From contig JAHJDQ010000182.1 of assembly GCA_018812355.1 (NCBI GenBank), positions 1 through 48,543 of the forward strand: 48,543 nt of DNA. The letters run 5' to 3'. The position numbers and the translations under genes were made by a program. Shown here one piece after another: positions 1 through 9,155 of the stretch (the first letter of the stretch is position 1; each line of letters starts with the position of its first letter). This stretch comes from Nanobdellota archaeon (GTDB lineage Archaea > Nanobdellota > Nanobdellia > Woesearchaeales > GW2011-AR9). Under the pieces are notes generated by a model. The model saw only the letters and a program-made list of their open reading frames with translations, was not told where the DNA came from and ran no database searches.

Positions 1-953
1 GCTTTATCCTTAATAATCAAAACATTCTCATCATTACGAGTATCACCACCAGCAGAAGGATTAAAAGAACCAGTAATCACCGTTTCAGAATCAACAATAA
101 AAACCTTGTGATGCATATTTTGTTTATTACCATCTTTAACAACATCAATATCTTGATACTTCAAATTAAGATACTTAGAATATTGACTAATTTGACGCGC
201 TTCCATTACACCTTTAATTACAACTCCTGCTTGATTTCTTAACAATAATGTATTAGCAATTCCTTCATGAGTAAAACTAAATGTCATGAAATGAATTGTT
301 GAAGTAGCTTTCTTTAACTCTGCCTTAACTCTTTCTGCACAATGATCTTCGGGACAAAAATAAGAAGATATAGTAATGTTTCCTAAATTAACTTGCGGAT
401 TTAATACTTCCTCACCTTTCTTAAATGTCCCGTTCCACATTTCCTGAAATTCCGCTTCATAGTTAGCAGCTAAGACAGAAGATTCAATTAAAAGTAAATT
501 ATTATTATTCTTCGTCGCTCCATTAACTGTAGGATTCATACTACCACTACTTACTCTTTTACCATCAATAATACAAAACTTATTATGCATTAATCCCCAG
601 GTATCTGTTTTAACAAAAGAATAATCAAATTCATACAAGTAATCGTTATCCGTAATAACTTTCACATCGAGATAATTAGATTTTTCAAGTAATCTGTTCT
701 GAACCAATTCCAAATCGAGTTCAAACAAAGCACAATGAATATACTCCTTAGCTGAACCGATAAAATCTGCCAAAGCCGTCTCACAATCCTCGTGTGGACA
801 GAAATAGACTTCAATCTCTCCAGAATCAGAAATGTAACTGTTAACTTTCTGATCTGTTAATTTTCCCGAAATTCCTTCTAAATCAATTCCAGAAAAATAT
901 AATCCTACTACAATTACCGGCAACAACCCTAATAAATACCTTTTCTTCATCAT
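1..953 (-). CDS. Phospholipase D-family protein (two HKD motifs), runs off the left window edge
   Basis: Minus-strand translation from ATG at 953/950 (MMKKRYLLGLLPVIVVG, membrane anchor) contains MHNKFCIIDGK and MHHKVFIVDSE; not in ORF track because truncated. Confidence 0.9.
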   Translation of the reverse strand, partial: MMKKRYLLGLLPVIVVGLYFSGIDLEGISGKLTDQKVNSYISDSGEIEVYFCPHEDCETALADFIGSAKEYIHCALFELDLELVQNRLLEKSNYLDVKVITDNDYLYEFDYSFVKTDTWGLMHNKFCIIDGKRVSSGSMNPTVNGATKNNNNLLLIESSVLAANYEAEFQEMWNGTFKKGEEVLNPQVNLGNITISSYFCPEDHCAERVKAELKKATSTIHFMTFSFTHEGIANTLLLRNQAGVVIKGVMEARQISQYSKYLNLKYQDIDVVKDGNKQNMHHKVFIVDSETVITGSFNPSAGGDTRNDENVLIIKDK

Positions 954-1004
954 GAAAGTAAAAATAATAAACTATATTAACTTAATGCTTCTTCAGCAAT
1001 AATT

Positions 1005-1640
1005 ATGGAATATTGTATCTTTTGCGACCATGAAAAAATCAAAGATGATATCATTTACGAAACTGAAAACTTTTATGTTAAAGTAGGTATCAGTATTATC
1101 ACTGCTGGCCATGTTATGATTACAACTAAAAAACATTATCGCTGTTATGCAGAAATGCCCAAAGAATTAATCCCTGAATTTGAACAACTGAAAAATAAAT
1201 TAATTACTTTAATTACGGAAAATTTTTCCAAACCATTCTTAGTTGAGTATGGCATCTGGGGCCAGACTATAGCGCATGCGCATATTCATTTAATTCCTTC
1301 TCAAGATAAGCATTACGAAATTAAAAGTATTATTGCAGAATTGGGAATCCCTAGTCCGGTTCCTTTTCAAGAAGGAACATTCCAAACAATGAAAGCATTA
1401 TACAAAAAAAATAATGGTTATGTTTTATTAGGTGAGAATCATAAAATGTTTTTATTTGATATTGAAAAGGTAAAAAATATCCAAAAGAGTGATACCTTAC
1501 TTGATTACCGTCCTTTCTTTGCCAAGAAAGGTATTGGTACTGGCAGTTGGAAAAATATGAGCGAAGAAGAAAAATTAGCTGACGAAGAAAAAAGAGAAAA
1601 AACAAAAAAACTATTGTTTTCTGTCATGCGCTCTTCGTGA
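1005..1640 (+). CDS. HIT-family nucleotide hydrolase
   Basis: N-terminal CIFC, GHVMI and histidine triad HAHIH. Confidence 0.85.
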   Translation: MEYCIFCDHEKIKDDIIYETENFYVKVGISIITAGHVMITTKKHYRCYAEMPKELIPEFEQLKNKLITLITENFSKPFLVEYGIWGQTIAHAHIHLIPSQDKHYEIKSIIAELGIPSPVPFQEGTFQTMKALYKKNNGYVLLGENHKMFLFDIEKVKNIQKSDTLLDYRPFFAKKGIGTGSWKNMSEEEKLADEEKREKTKKLLFSVMRSS

Positions 1641-2186
1641 AGGCCGAGCTTTCTCATGACCTTTACCCTTGCCTTGTAATCCTCGACTCTTACGTCCGGC
1701 AGAAGTCTTACCCTGAAACACCCTACTTCTGTGTTTTCTTTTACAAATCCAGTTAATCTTTGGATCAGCTTTAATCACGGGATGGTCAGGATCAACTAAA
1801 ATTACTTCGAACCAATAATGTTTCCCATCTTCAACAACTGGATAAGAATTTAAAACAGCTAGATTAACAAACTTTTTCTGACACCTTTCTTCAGCAATTT
1901 GTTGATAATTCTTGCTTAACACTAATCTTGTTCCGAATCTTTTCGGTCTTCGACCACCTTTAATCATCGGTCGACGATGTCCACCTCTAAGAACTCTTTG
2001 TCTGACTACTATGAAACCTTGCTTGGCCTTATATCCTAAAGATCTAGCTCTGTCAATTCTGGTTGGTCGTTCCAGTTTAACTGTAGAATTTTCTTTTCTC
2101 CACTTGATCAATCTTTCCCGATATAGTTCGGGCATATTTTTCTTTGGTTTTTTCCAAAGTTCTCTTACATGTTTATACATACTCAT
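1611..2186 (-). CDS. rpl15e: 50S ribosomal protein eL15
   Basis: [36 protein letters not shown]; start placed at MSMYKH (2186) rather than 2279. Confidence 0.97.
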   Translation of the reverse strand: MSMYKHVRELWKKPKKNMPELYRERLIKWRKENSTVKLERPTRIDRARSLGYKAKQGFIVVRQRVLRGGHRRPMIKGGRRPKRFGTRLVLSKNYQQIAEERCQKKFVNLAVLNSYPVVEDGKHYWFEVILVDPDHPVIKADPKINWICKRKHRSRVFQGKTSAGRKSRGLQGKGKGHEKARPSRRAHDRKQ

Positions 2187-2428
2187 TTTAGTTGGCCTCC
2201 ATTTGGTGTTTACTTCGTGCAGTGCCATAAATTTGCTACACAAATTTAATTCGTCAGATTCAGGTAAGCCATTACCCACATCTCTGATTTTATTCTTATT
2301 TTTAAAGTGCTTTAAAAAGGTTTGCTAGAAAATCTTTGTTTTTTATAGGTTTAGTTTAAGAATACTAATTTAACTATATAACAGAACGTTTAAATACTAT
2401 TTTGATATATCAATGATGAGGTGTCCCC

Positions 2429-3562
2429 ATGGAAATTACCCCAATAATTAATGATGATTTTGTTGTCTTGCAAGATGAAGCAACTGTTTCTGAATTGATC
2501 GGCAAATTGAAAGAAAAAGAAAAGAGATCAGCCTTAATTTTTAGAAATAAGAAGTATCTCGGTTTGATTGAGAAGAAAGGCCTTTTACATTCAAAGATTG
2601 ACGTCACGGAAACCAAACTTAAGAATCACATTCAAAAAACACCTTTACTTAGCGAACATGCTGACATTATTGAGACAGCCTACTTAATGTTTCAGTCTAA
2701 CCTCAGTTATATTCCTGTAGAGAGGAATAAAGAAATTATTGGTATGATCAGAGCAAGAGATCTTGCTAAATTAGCAACAGAACTTACTGAAACTAAAGAT
2801 TGGAAAGTTAAAGATTTTAAATTAGTTAAATCTGTAAGAGTAAACAAAAATGATCCCATTGCTAAAGCAATTGAGTTAATGAACACAAAAAAAGTTGATA
2901 AAATTCCTGTCTTTGAAGAGAATAAACTTTATGGCATTATTACGTATAAAGACATTCTTAGAAGATATTTAAATTGGTCTCCCAAGAGAGATGTTTCTGC
3001 TAAATTTAATAAAATGGCCAGTTCCAGAAGTGCCGAAGTAGATATGCCTAATCTAGCCAATTTACCAATTAGTAATTTTAGCACTAATGATAACCTGCTT
3101 ACTCTCAATAAAGAAGCAACATTAAAACAAGCAGTAATCATCATGACTGAAAAAGGTGTTAACAGTATTATCATTCAAGATGGCGAGGAAGTATTAGGTT
3201 TACTCACAGCTAAGAACATCTTAGCTAAAGTCGGCAGTTTAAAAATTCCGGTTAACTATAACATTAAATTTGTTGGACTGAAAGATCTTAAATTAGAACA
3301 ACATGAAATGTATAATCTCAAAAAGATTTGTAGTAATGAAGCCTTTAAGTTGCAACGGAAAATTAAAAACGAATTTTCTTTGGTCGTCCATTTAAAAAGT
3401 TACGATAAACAAGGTACACAACAAAAATTTGTTGTCAATTTAAGAATAGAAGCTCCTGGTCAGACTTTAAGCACATCACAAGATGATTGGGACTTAGAAA
3501 CGGCAACAAGAAAAACTTTTAATAATGCTAAGAATGCTTTGGATAAGAAATTTAAACCCTGA
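2429..3562 (+). CDS. Four-CBS-domain protein with C-terminal HPF/RaiA-like domain (candidate ribosome hibernation factor)
   Basis: Repeated CBS segments (IPVERNKEIIGMI, IPVFEENKLYGIITYKDIL); C-terminal ~100 aa ending STSQDDWDLETATRKTFNNAKNAL resembles HPF/RaiA fold. Confidence 0.75.
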   Translation: MEITPIINDDFVVLQDEATVSELIGKLKEKEKRSALIFRNKKYLGLIEKKGLLHSKIDVTETKLKNHIQKTPLLSEHADIIETAYLMFQSNLSYIPVERNKEIIGMIRARDLAKLATELTETKDWKVKDFKLVKSVRVNKNDPIAKAIELMNTKKVDKIPVFEENKLYGIITYKDILRRYLNWSPKRDVSAKFNKMASSRSAEVDMPNLANLPISNFSTNDNLLTLNKEATLKQAVIIMTEKGVNSIIIQDGEEVLGLLTAKNILAKVGSLKIPVNYNIKFVGLKDLKLEQHEMYNLKKICSNEAFKLQRKIKNEFSLVVHLKSYDKQGTQQKFVVNLRIEAPGQTLSTSQDDWDLETATRKTFNNAKNALDKKFKP

Positions 3563-3934
3563 TTATTCTTTTTCTTTTTTTTCTCTAAACTTTCTAGCAT
3601 TCTCTGCGTTAACAAAACGATAAAGTTTTCCATCTATTTCGGCTTCAACAACATCATCAACGTCCATTAATGGCTCTCCTGTTAAAGCATCCTTTCCAAG
3701 TTGACCAGCCTGCGCCGCCCCTTCCATGAACCCTTCTTCTTCCGGAGAAATCTCGCCATCTTCAACTAGTTTCTCACGCCCTTCTTCAGTATAAACATCT
3801 TCATCCTTCTCACCATGCTCCATTTCTAACGTTTTCTCTTCAGAGGTTTCTTCCGGTTCAATCCCTTGCTCTTCGGCAGGATAAACTTTTTCTTCAGAAT
3901 CTTCTTTCTTTTCTTTTTTATTTTCCATCTGCAT
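3563..3934 (-). CDS. Highly acidic protein with C-terminal YHS/TRASH-like segment
   Basis: E/D-rich N-terminus; DALTGEPL...AEIDGKLYRFVNAENARKF. Confidence 0.65.
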   Translation of the reverse strand: MQMENKKEKKEDSEEKVYPAEEQGIEPEETSEEKTLEMEHGEKDEDVYTEEGREKLVEDGEISPEEEGFMEGAAQAGQLGKDALTGEPLMDVDDVVEAEIDGKLYRFVNAENARKFREKKEKE

Positions 3935-4014
3935 AGGTAAATTATCCTTGTTTTTAAGGATTATGGTTGTGGAAAGAATAAAAGTATTTAAAATTAAAAT
4001 AATTAATTAGGATT

Positions 4015-4779
4015 ATGAACAGAATCAAAGCAACTATTTCTACCACTAGAGCGACTATTTCTAGCACCCGTTCAGGAATTGGTATCGCTCGTCATCATGG
4101 TATGGCTTTGTTTACAAAAGAAAGAGAACAATGGGTTCCAGAAAAACCAACAGTCATCTTACTACATGGTTATCTTGTCGGTGATGCTTCCATGCATGGG
4201 ATGGCTAAATATTTAACTCAACGCGGATTTAATACAGATTGTCAGTCATATCCCTTTTGGGAAGACTTAAGGATTGTTGAGGAAGAGATGGAAGAAAAAT
4301 TAGAAGGAATTTACCATAGAGCAGGCGGGAGATTTATTATCATTGGCCATAGTCAAGGCGGTTTAGTAGGGTATGCCTTAGCTCAATCATATCCACAATA
4401 TATCAATTTGTTAATTACGGAAGGTGCTCCTTTTAACGGAACTAATTTTGCTAAAATTGCAGATAATCTAGCTAAGGTTGGTCGGTTTATGGGTAAGAAA
4501 AAACAATCACAGTTAGAATATTTAGCTACCAGTGCCCGTCAAATGCTTCCAGGGAGTGAATATTTAATACAACTAAATAACCGGGGAGCACCACAGATTC
4601 CCGTATTTTCCATTGCTGGAGGTGAGGATGTTGTTGTTCCAGCTGAAAGCGCCCGGCTTAGAATTCCGTCTCCGAACATTGAAAATATACTTGTTGATGG
4701 GTTGAGTCATGGCGGGATGATTTCCCGTCCAGGATATAAAATTATAGAAAAAGTATTACACGAACATCTTCAAAGATAA
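4015..4779 (+). CDS. Alpha/beta hydrolase (lipase/esterase-like)
   Basis: VILLHG, nucleophile GHSQG, DVVVP, LSH. Confidence 0.9.
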   Translation: MNRIKATISTTRATISSTRSGIGIARHHGMALFTKEREQWVPEKPTVILLHGYLVGDASMHGMAKYLTQRGFNTDCQSYPFWEDLRIVEEEMEEKLEGIYHRAGGRFIIIGHSQGGLVGYALAQSYPQYINLLITEGAPFNGTNFAKIADNLAKVGRFMGKKKQSQLEYLATSARQMLPGSEYLIQLNNRGAPQIPVFSIAGGEDVVVPAESARLRIPSPNIENILVDGLSHGGMISRPGYKIIEKVLHEHLQR

Positions 4780-5366
4780 AACCTTAACAAAAACATCACT
4801 GTTCCTGCAATTAATGGAACAACTAAATTATCATCAAGAGTATTATCGTTAAAATCAATCTTAATTACTTCTGCCACCATCGCTACAAAACTGCCTAAGA
4901 AGGCCATCTGCCAAGAAACAAAGATCATCGCTCCTACAAAACCAGCAAACGTGCCGGCAAGCGTTCCTTCTAACAATTTATTCCCTTTCCAATTAAAGAT
5001 ATTCTTAATTTTGCCATACTTCTCCCCCACTAAATGAGAGACAGAATCTCCTAACGCTAAAATCATAATTGCAGCGAGTGCGATATCTTTATCGAATAAT
5101 TCCACTACTAATAATACACCGATAAAAAAGAAGATTAAACCCTTACCAGGAAACTGGGTCTTCTGATTACCACGTTCAAAATGGTTGAGAAAGAAACTAA
5201 ATCCTGGCAACCAAGTTCTCTTACAAATAAAACTGGCTAATAAACCGATCACAATCACAGCTAAAATGGCTAAGGAACTAAGAATATTGAAGTGAATCAA
5301 GAGCACCGTAACCACTCCTACTAATAGATGAATGACCTGTCTTCCCACTTCATGATATGTTAGCAT
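4770..5366 (-). CDS. Dolichol/phytol kinase-like CTP-dependent membrane kinase
   Basis: RQVIH, LGDSVSHLVG, KLLEG, DDNLVVP; multi-TM. Confidence 0.85.
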   Translation of the reverse strand: MLTYHEVGRQVIHLLVGVVTVLLIHFNILSSLAILAVIVIGLLASFICKRTWLPGFSFFLNHFERGNQKTQFPGKGLIFFFIGVLLVVELFDKDIALAAIMILALGDSVSHLVGEKYGKIKNIFNWKGNKLLEGTLAGTFAGFVGAMIFVSWQMAFLGSFVAMVAEVIKIDFNDNTLDDNLVVPLIAGTVMFLLRFYL

Positions 5367-5451
5367 GGTTATAATTTTTTAAGATTGATTTTAAAAGGGT
5401 TGTGAATCAACAACAAATTATTTAAATACACTCCAGTTAATCACACTTAAA

Positions 5452-6894
5452 ATGGAAGAACAAAAACATGAAATCAAACTAAAAAAAATTAATGAGTATA
5501 CATGGGAAATTCCTCAAACTGGTCAGATGAAGGTTCCTATGAGAATCTACGCTTCTGAAAAACTATTAGAGAAGATGAAAGATGATCGTACTTTAAGGCA
5601 AGCTAGTCAGATTGCCGTTCTTCCTGGAATACAACAGTATGGCTGTGTCATGCCGGATGGGCATGAAGGTTATGGTTTCCCCATTGGCGGAGTAGCAGCA
5701 TTAGATGTTGAAACAGGCGGTATTTCTCCTGGCGGAATTGGTTTTGATATTAATTGCGGTGTTCGATTATTAGCTACTAACCTCAAGAAAGAACAAATCA
5801 CTCCCAAAGTTAAACAATTACTTGATTCCTTATTCAAAAGTGTTCCTGCTGGATTAGGCAGCAGCAACATTACGGTTACTAAAGAAATTTTAGATGAAGT
5901 TCTTGATAAGGGCGCCAAGTGGGCTGTCGAGAATGGTTATGGTAATGAAGATGATCTCGCTAATTGCGAATCTAATGGTTGCATGAAGACTGCAGATGCT
6001 AGTAGTGTCTCTGACAAAGCTAAAAATCGAGGCAGAAAACAACTTGCTACTCTTGGCTCTGGAAATCATTTCTTAGAAATTCAGTATGTCGACGAAATCT
6101 TTGATAAAGAGATAGCAAAAGCTTTCGGCTTTACTGAACCTGGTCAAGTTGTTATCATGATTCACTGCGGTAGTAGAGGACTTGGCCATCAAGTTTGTTC
6201 AGATTACTTAAGAGAAATGGAACGAACCTTTCCCGAACTGTTACAAAAACTTCCCGATCGACAATTAATTTATGCTCCCGCGGGAACAAAATTATGTACA
6301 GATTATTTGCAGGCTATGTCTGCTGCAGCTAATTTTGCTTGGTGTAACCGTCATATTATTGGCCATCAAACCAGAACGGCTTTCAAGAAAGTATTTCCTG
6401 AAGTGGAAATGAAAACTGTCTATGATGTTGCCCATAACATTTGTAAAGTTGAAGAGCACGAAATCAATGGAGAAATGAAAAAAGTTTATCTGCATCGTAA
6501 AGGTGCAACAAGAGCCTTCCCACCTGGACATCCTGAATTATCAGAAACGTATCAAAAAACCGGCCAGCCAATTTTACTTCCAGGTAGTATGGGCACCGCT
6601 TCTTACGTTCTTGTTGGCACGGAAGAAGGAATGAAAACTACTTTCGGTTCTACTGCTCATGGTGCTGGAAGAGTGATGAGTAGGCATGCCGCTTTACAGC
6701 AATTTAGAGGAGAGCAGGTCAAGAAAGATTTGGAAGCACAAGGCATTTCTTTGAAATCAGCTTCCTGGAAAGGTGTGGCAGAAGAAGCACCTGGTGTGTA
6801 TAAAGACATTGAAGAAGTTGCTAAGGTATCACACGAAGTAGGCATTGGCAGGAAAGTTGTTCGGGTTAAACCAATGGGATGTATCAAAGGATGA
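5452..6894 (+). CDS. rtcB: RtcB RNA-splicing ligase
   Basis: MPDGHEGYGFPIGG, DINCG, GSGNHF, HRKGAT, STAHGAGR, AEEAPGVYK. Confidence 0.98.
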   Translation: MEEQKHEIKLKKINEYTWEIPQTGQMKVPMRIYASEKLLEKMKDDRTLRQASQIAVLPGIQQYGCVMPDGHEGYGFPIGGVAALDVETGGISPGGIGFDINCGVRLLATNLKKEQITPKVKQLLDSLFKSVPAGLGSSNITVTKEILDEVLDKGAKWAVENGYGNEDDLANCESNGCMKTADASSVSDKAKNRGRKQLATLGSGNHFLEIQYVDEIFDKEIAKAFGFTEPGQVVIMIHCGSRGLGHQVCSDYLREMERTFPELLQKLPDRQLIYAPAGTKLCTDYLQAMSAAANFAWCNRHIIGHQTRTAFKKVFPEVEMKTVYDVAHNICKVEEHEINGEMKKVYLHRKGATRAFPPGHPELSETYQKTGQPILLPGSMGTASYVLVGTEEGMKTTFGSTAHGAGRVMSRHAALQQFRGEQVKKDLEAQGISLKSASWKGVAEEAPGVYKDIEEVAKVSHEVGIGRKVVRVKPMGCIKG

Positions 6895-7304
6895 AATCAT
6901 ACGAATTCCTCCCGCATACGGCGGATACAAAAATCAGAGCGTACGGAAAGACGTTAGCAGAAGCGTTCATCAACGCAGCTCTTGCCACAACAGACACTAT
7001 TACTGATCACAAAAAGATAAAACCAACCACAAAAAAAACAATCAATGTTGAATCAGAAAACAAAGAAGCTCTCTTATACGATTTCTTGGAACAATTTCTT
7101 ATTCTCTTAGATTCAGAAAGCTTCTTATTAAGCGAAGTAAAAGAATTAAAAATTACTAACAATAAACTAACCGCAACCATTGTTGGCGATACTCATCCAG
7201 AAAATTATGAAATTAAAACCCATGTTAAAGCAATCACTTACCAAGAGATGATCATTGAAGAAAAAAAAGATCAAATCATGATTCAATTCATTCTCGACAT
7301 CTAA
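6891..7304 (+). CDS. Archease
   Basis: YEFLPHTAD, VKAITY, terminal LDI; ATGA overlap with rtcB. Confidence 0.95.
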   Translation: MKSYEFLPHTADTKIRAYGKTLAEAFINAALATTDTITDHKKIKPTTKKTINVESENKEALLYDFLEQFLILLDSESFLLSEVKELKITNNKLTATIVGDTHPENYEIKTHVKAITYQEMIIEEKKDQIMIQFILDI

Positions 7305-7306
7305 AA

Positions 7307-8014
7307 ATGGCTAAACAAAGTTTTACTAAATTTTGGGACGCTTTAACCAATAAAAAGGAAGCGCAAGCACGAGCGGAATTAGTTCTTAAAGCGATTAATA
7401 AATATCACAAAAACTCTAAAACTATTCTTGAACTAGGCACTGGTATTGGTGCAGTCTTGGTTAACTTTCCAAAACAGTATCAACTTTCCGGGCTTGACAT
7501 TAAGTTAGAATATGTTGATATCTGTAGAAAAAAGATTCCGAAAGGCAATTTTTATGTTATGAGCATGCATAATTTCAAACTTAAAAATAAATTTGAGATC
7601 ATTTTCTCTGTCTATGATTCGATTAATTTCTTAAAAAAATTTAATCATTGGAAATCAACTTTTAAACAAGTAGAGATACATCTCAACAAAGATGGTTTGT
7701 TTATTTTCGATATGTACACTTTGAAAGCACTTAAAGATTTTAAAAGTAAACCAGCAAACATCTCTAAATTTCATCTTGGTTACATCACTGATAAACCTAC
7801 AATTAAAAGAAACACACTTATCTGGAATTTTAACGTCTTTGAACAATTAAAAAATGATCAATATCAACTTCATGAATATAAATTTAAAGAATCAATTTAC
7901 TCGATTAAGAAAGTTAACAAAGCACTTAGTAAACATTTTCAAATTCTTGATATGAAATCTCTAGAAGAAGGTAGACGAGTTCTCATTGTTTGTCGAAAGA
8001 AATATAAACATTAA
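7307..8014 (+). CDS. Class I SAM-dependent methyltransferase
   Basis: ILELGTGIG motif I, GLD, DSINF, GLFIFD. Confidence 0.9.
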   Translation: MAKQSFTKFWDALTNKKEAQARAELVLKAINKYHKNSKTILELGTGIGAVLVNFPKQYQLSGLDIKLEYVDICRKKIPKGNFYVMSMHNFKLKNKFEIIFSVYDSINFLKKFNHWKSTFKQVEIHLNKDGLFIFDMYTLKALKDFKSKPANISKFHLGYITDKPTIKRNTLIWNFNVFEQLKNDQYQLHEYKFKESIYSIKKVNKALSKHFQILDMKSLEEGRRVLIVCRKKYKH

Positions 8015-8035
8015 GACTTTAATTCTTAAAAAAAG

Positions 8036-8716
8036 ATGGTGAAAAAATTAGTCTTATTGTTAAGTACTATCATTGTTGTCGGAGTTGCTATTTTATATTT
8101 CCTTCTAAGCGGCAACGGAATCGATCCATTAGAAGTTGTTGCTAACGATACTATTACTCTTAACCAAACTATAACAACTCCAACAGAAACATGTAATGCT
8201 TCTTGGCAATGTCTTGATGAAAATACTAAAGCTTACCAATTAGAAAACTGTTCTTATACTCAAGAATCTGCCTGTTCTGCAGGTTGTGAAAACGGTTCCT
8301 GTATCATCGAAACCTGTGCTCCTGGTTGGAAGTGTAAAGGAGAATATTACCGTGCCTATCAATCAGACACCTGTGCTTGGGTTAATAAAGTTAAATGTGA
8401 TTTTGGTTGTCTTAACGCTACTTGTCAGAATGAAACTGTTACTGAAACAACTACCGAAGAAGCTCCAGCCGCTCCAACTTCTAATCTTCTTAAAATGGGG
8501 GAGATCTTTAACGTCACTTCTGGCGGTAATTATTACACTCTGGCTATTTATAACATCGGTGCTGAGGGCGTGCAATTATCAATCAACGGAAAAAGCAGCC
8601 CTTGGATTTCAGATAACACTAATTACACTTCCGGTAGCCTAACAATTTTGGTTAAAGATGTCTATTTCCAACCTTATTCTGGCGGGAAACAAGAGATTAC
8701 TTACTTAATTAACTAA
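8036..8716 (+). CDS. Membrane-anchored/secreted Cys-rich protein
   Basis: N-terminal hydrophobic anchor; two repeats of ETC..W.C......AYQ...C......C..GC.N..C; many NxT/S sequons. Confidence 0.75.
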   Translation: MVKKLVLLLSTIIVVGVAILYFLLSGNGIDPLEVVANDTITLNQTITTPTETCNASWQCLDENTKAYQLENCSYTQESACSAGCENGSCIIETCAPGWKCKGEYYRAYQSDTCAWVNKVKCDFGCLNATCQNETVTETTTEEAPAAPTSNLLKMGEIFNVTSGGNYYTLAIYNIGAEGVQLSINGKSSPWISDNTNYTSGSLTILVKDVYFQPYSGGKQEITYLIN

Positions 8717-9035
8717 CCTTACCTTCTAACTGTTCTACATGCCCACACTTACCACATTTCATTCTGACAACATTATCCTCATCACCATAAAACGCACCAA
8801 TCTCTCTCATCTCTGCTTTTTCATAACCACATTTCTTACACTTATGGTCATAAACAGCAAGAATATTTTCTCCATCATTAACTTCTATTTTCTCTACTTT
8901 TTCTCGATTCTTAGTTATCACTGGCTTATTCTCTTGATTCAACTCTGGCTGAGTATGTCCGTGCGGACAGCTCATCCACTTACCATACTCAGTTTTTTTC
9001 GGTACAAGTATCGCTCCACACTGTTTACAAAACAT
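8709..9035 (-). CDS. TFS/RpoM-like two-zinc-ribbon transcription factor (divergent)
   Basis: MFCKQCGAILVP; CKKCG...GDE...CGKCGH. Confidence 0.8.
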   Translation of the reverse strand: MFCKQCGAILVPKKTEYGKWMSCPHGHTQPELNQENKPVITKNREKVEKIEVNDGENILAVYDHKCKKCGYEKAEMREIGAFYGDEDNVVRMKCGKCGHVEQLEGKVS

Positions 9036-9155
9036 ATTTGATTGGTTTACGTTCTGTTTTATTTAATTTGCTGAGTTTTCTTCAAATTCAAGTTTAAATA
9101 CCAAAAAATATATAAAGTAACCACTATACGGTAGATATTAATAGTTGAAGTTCAA

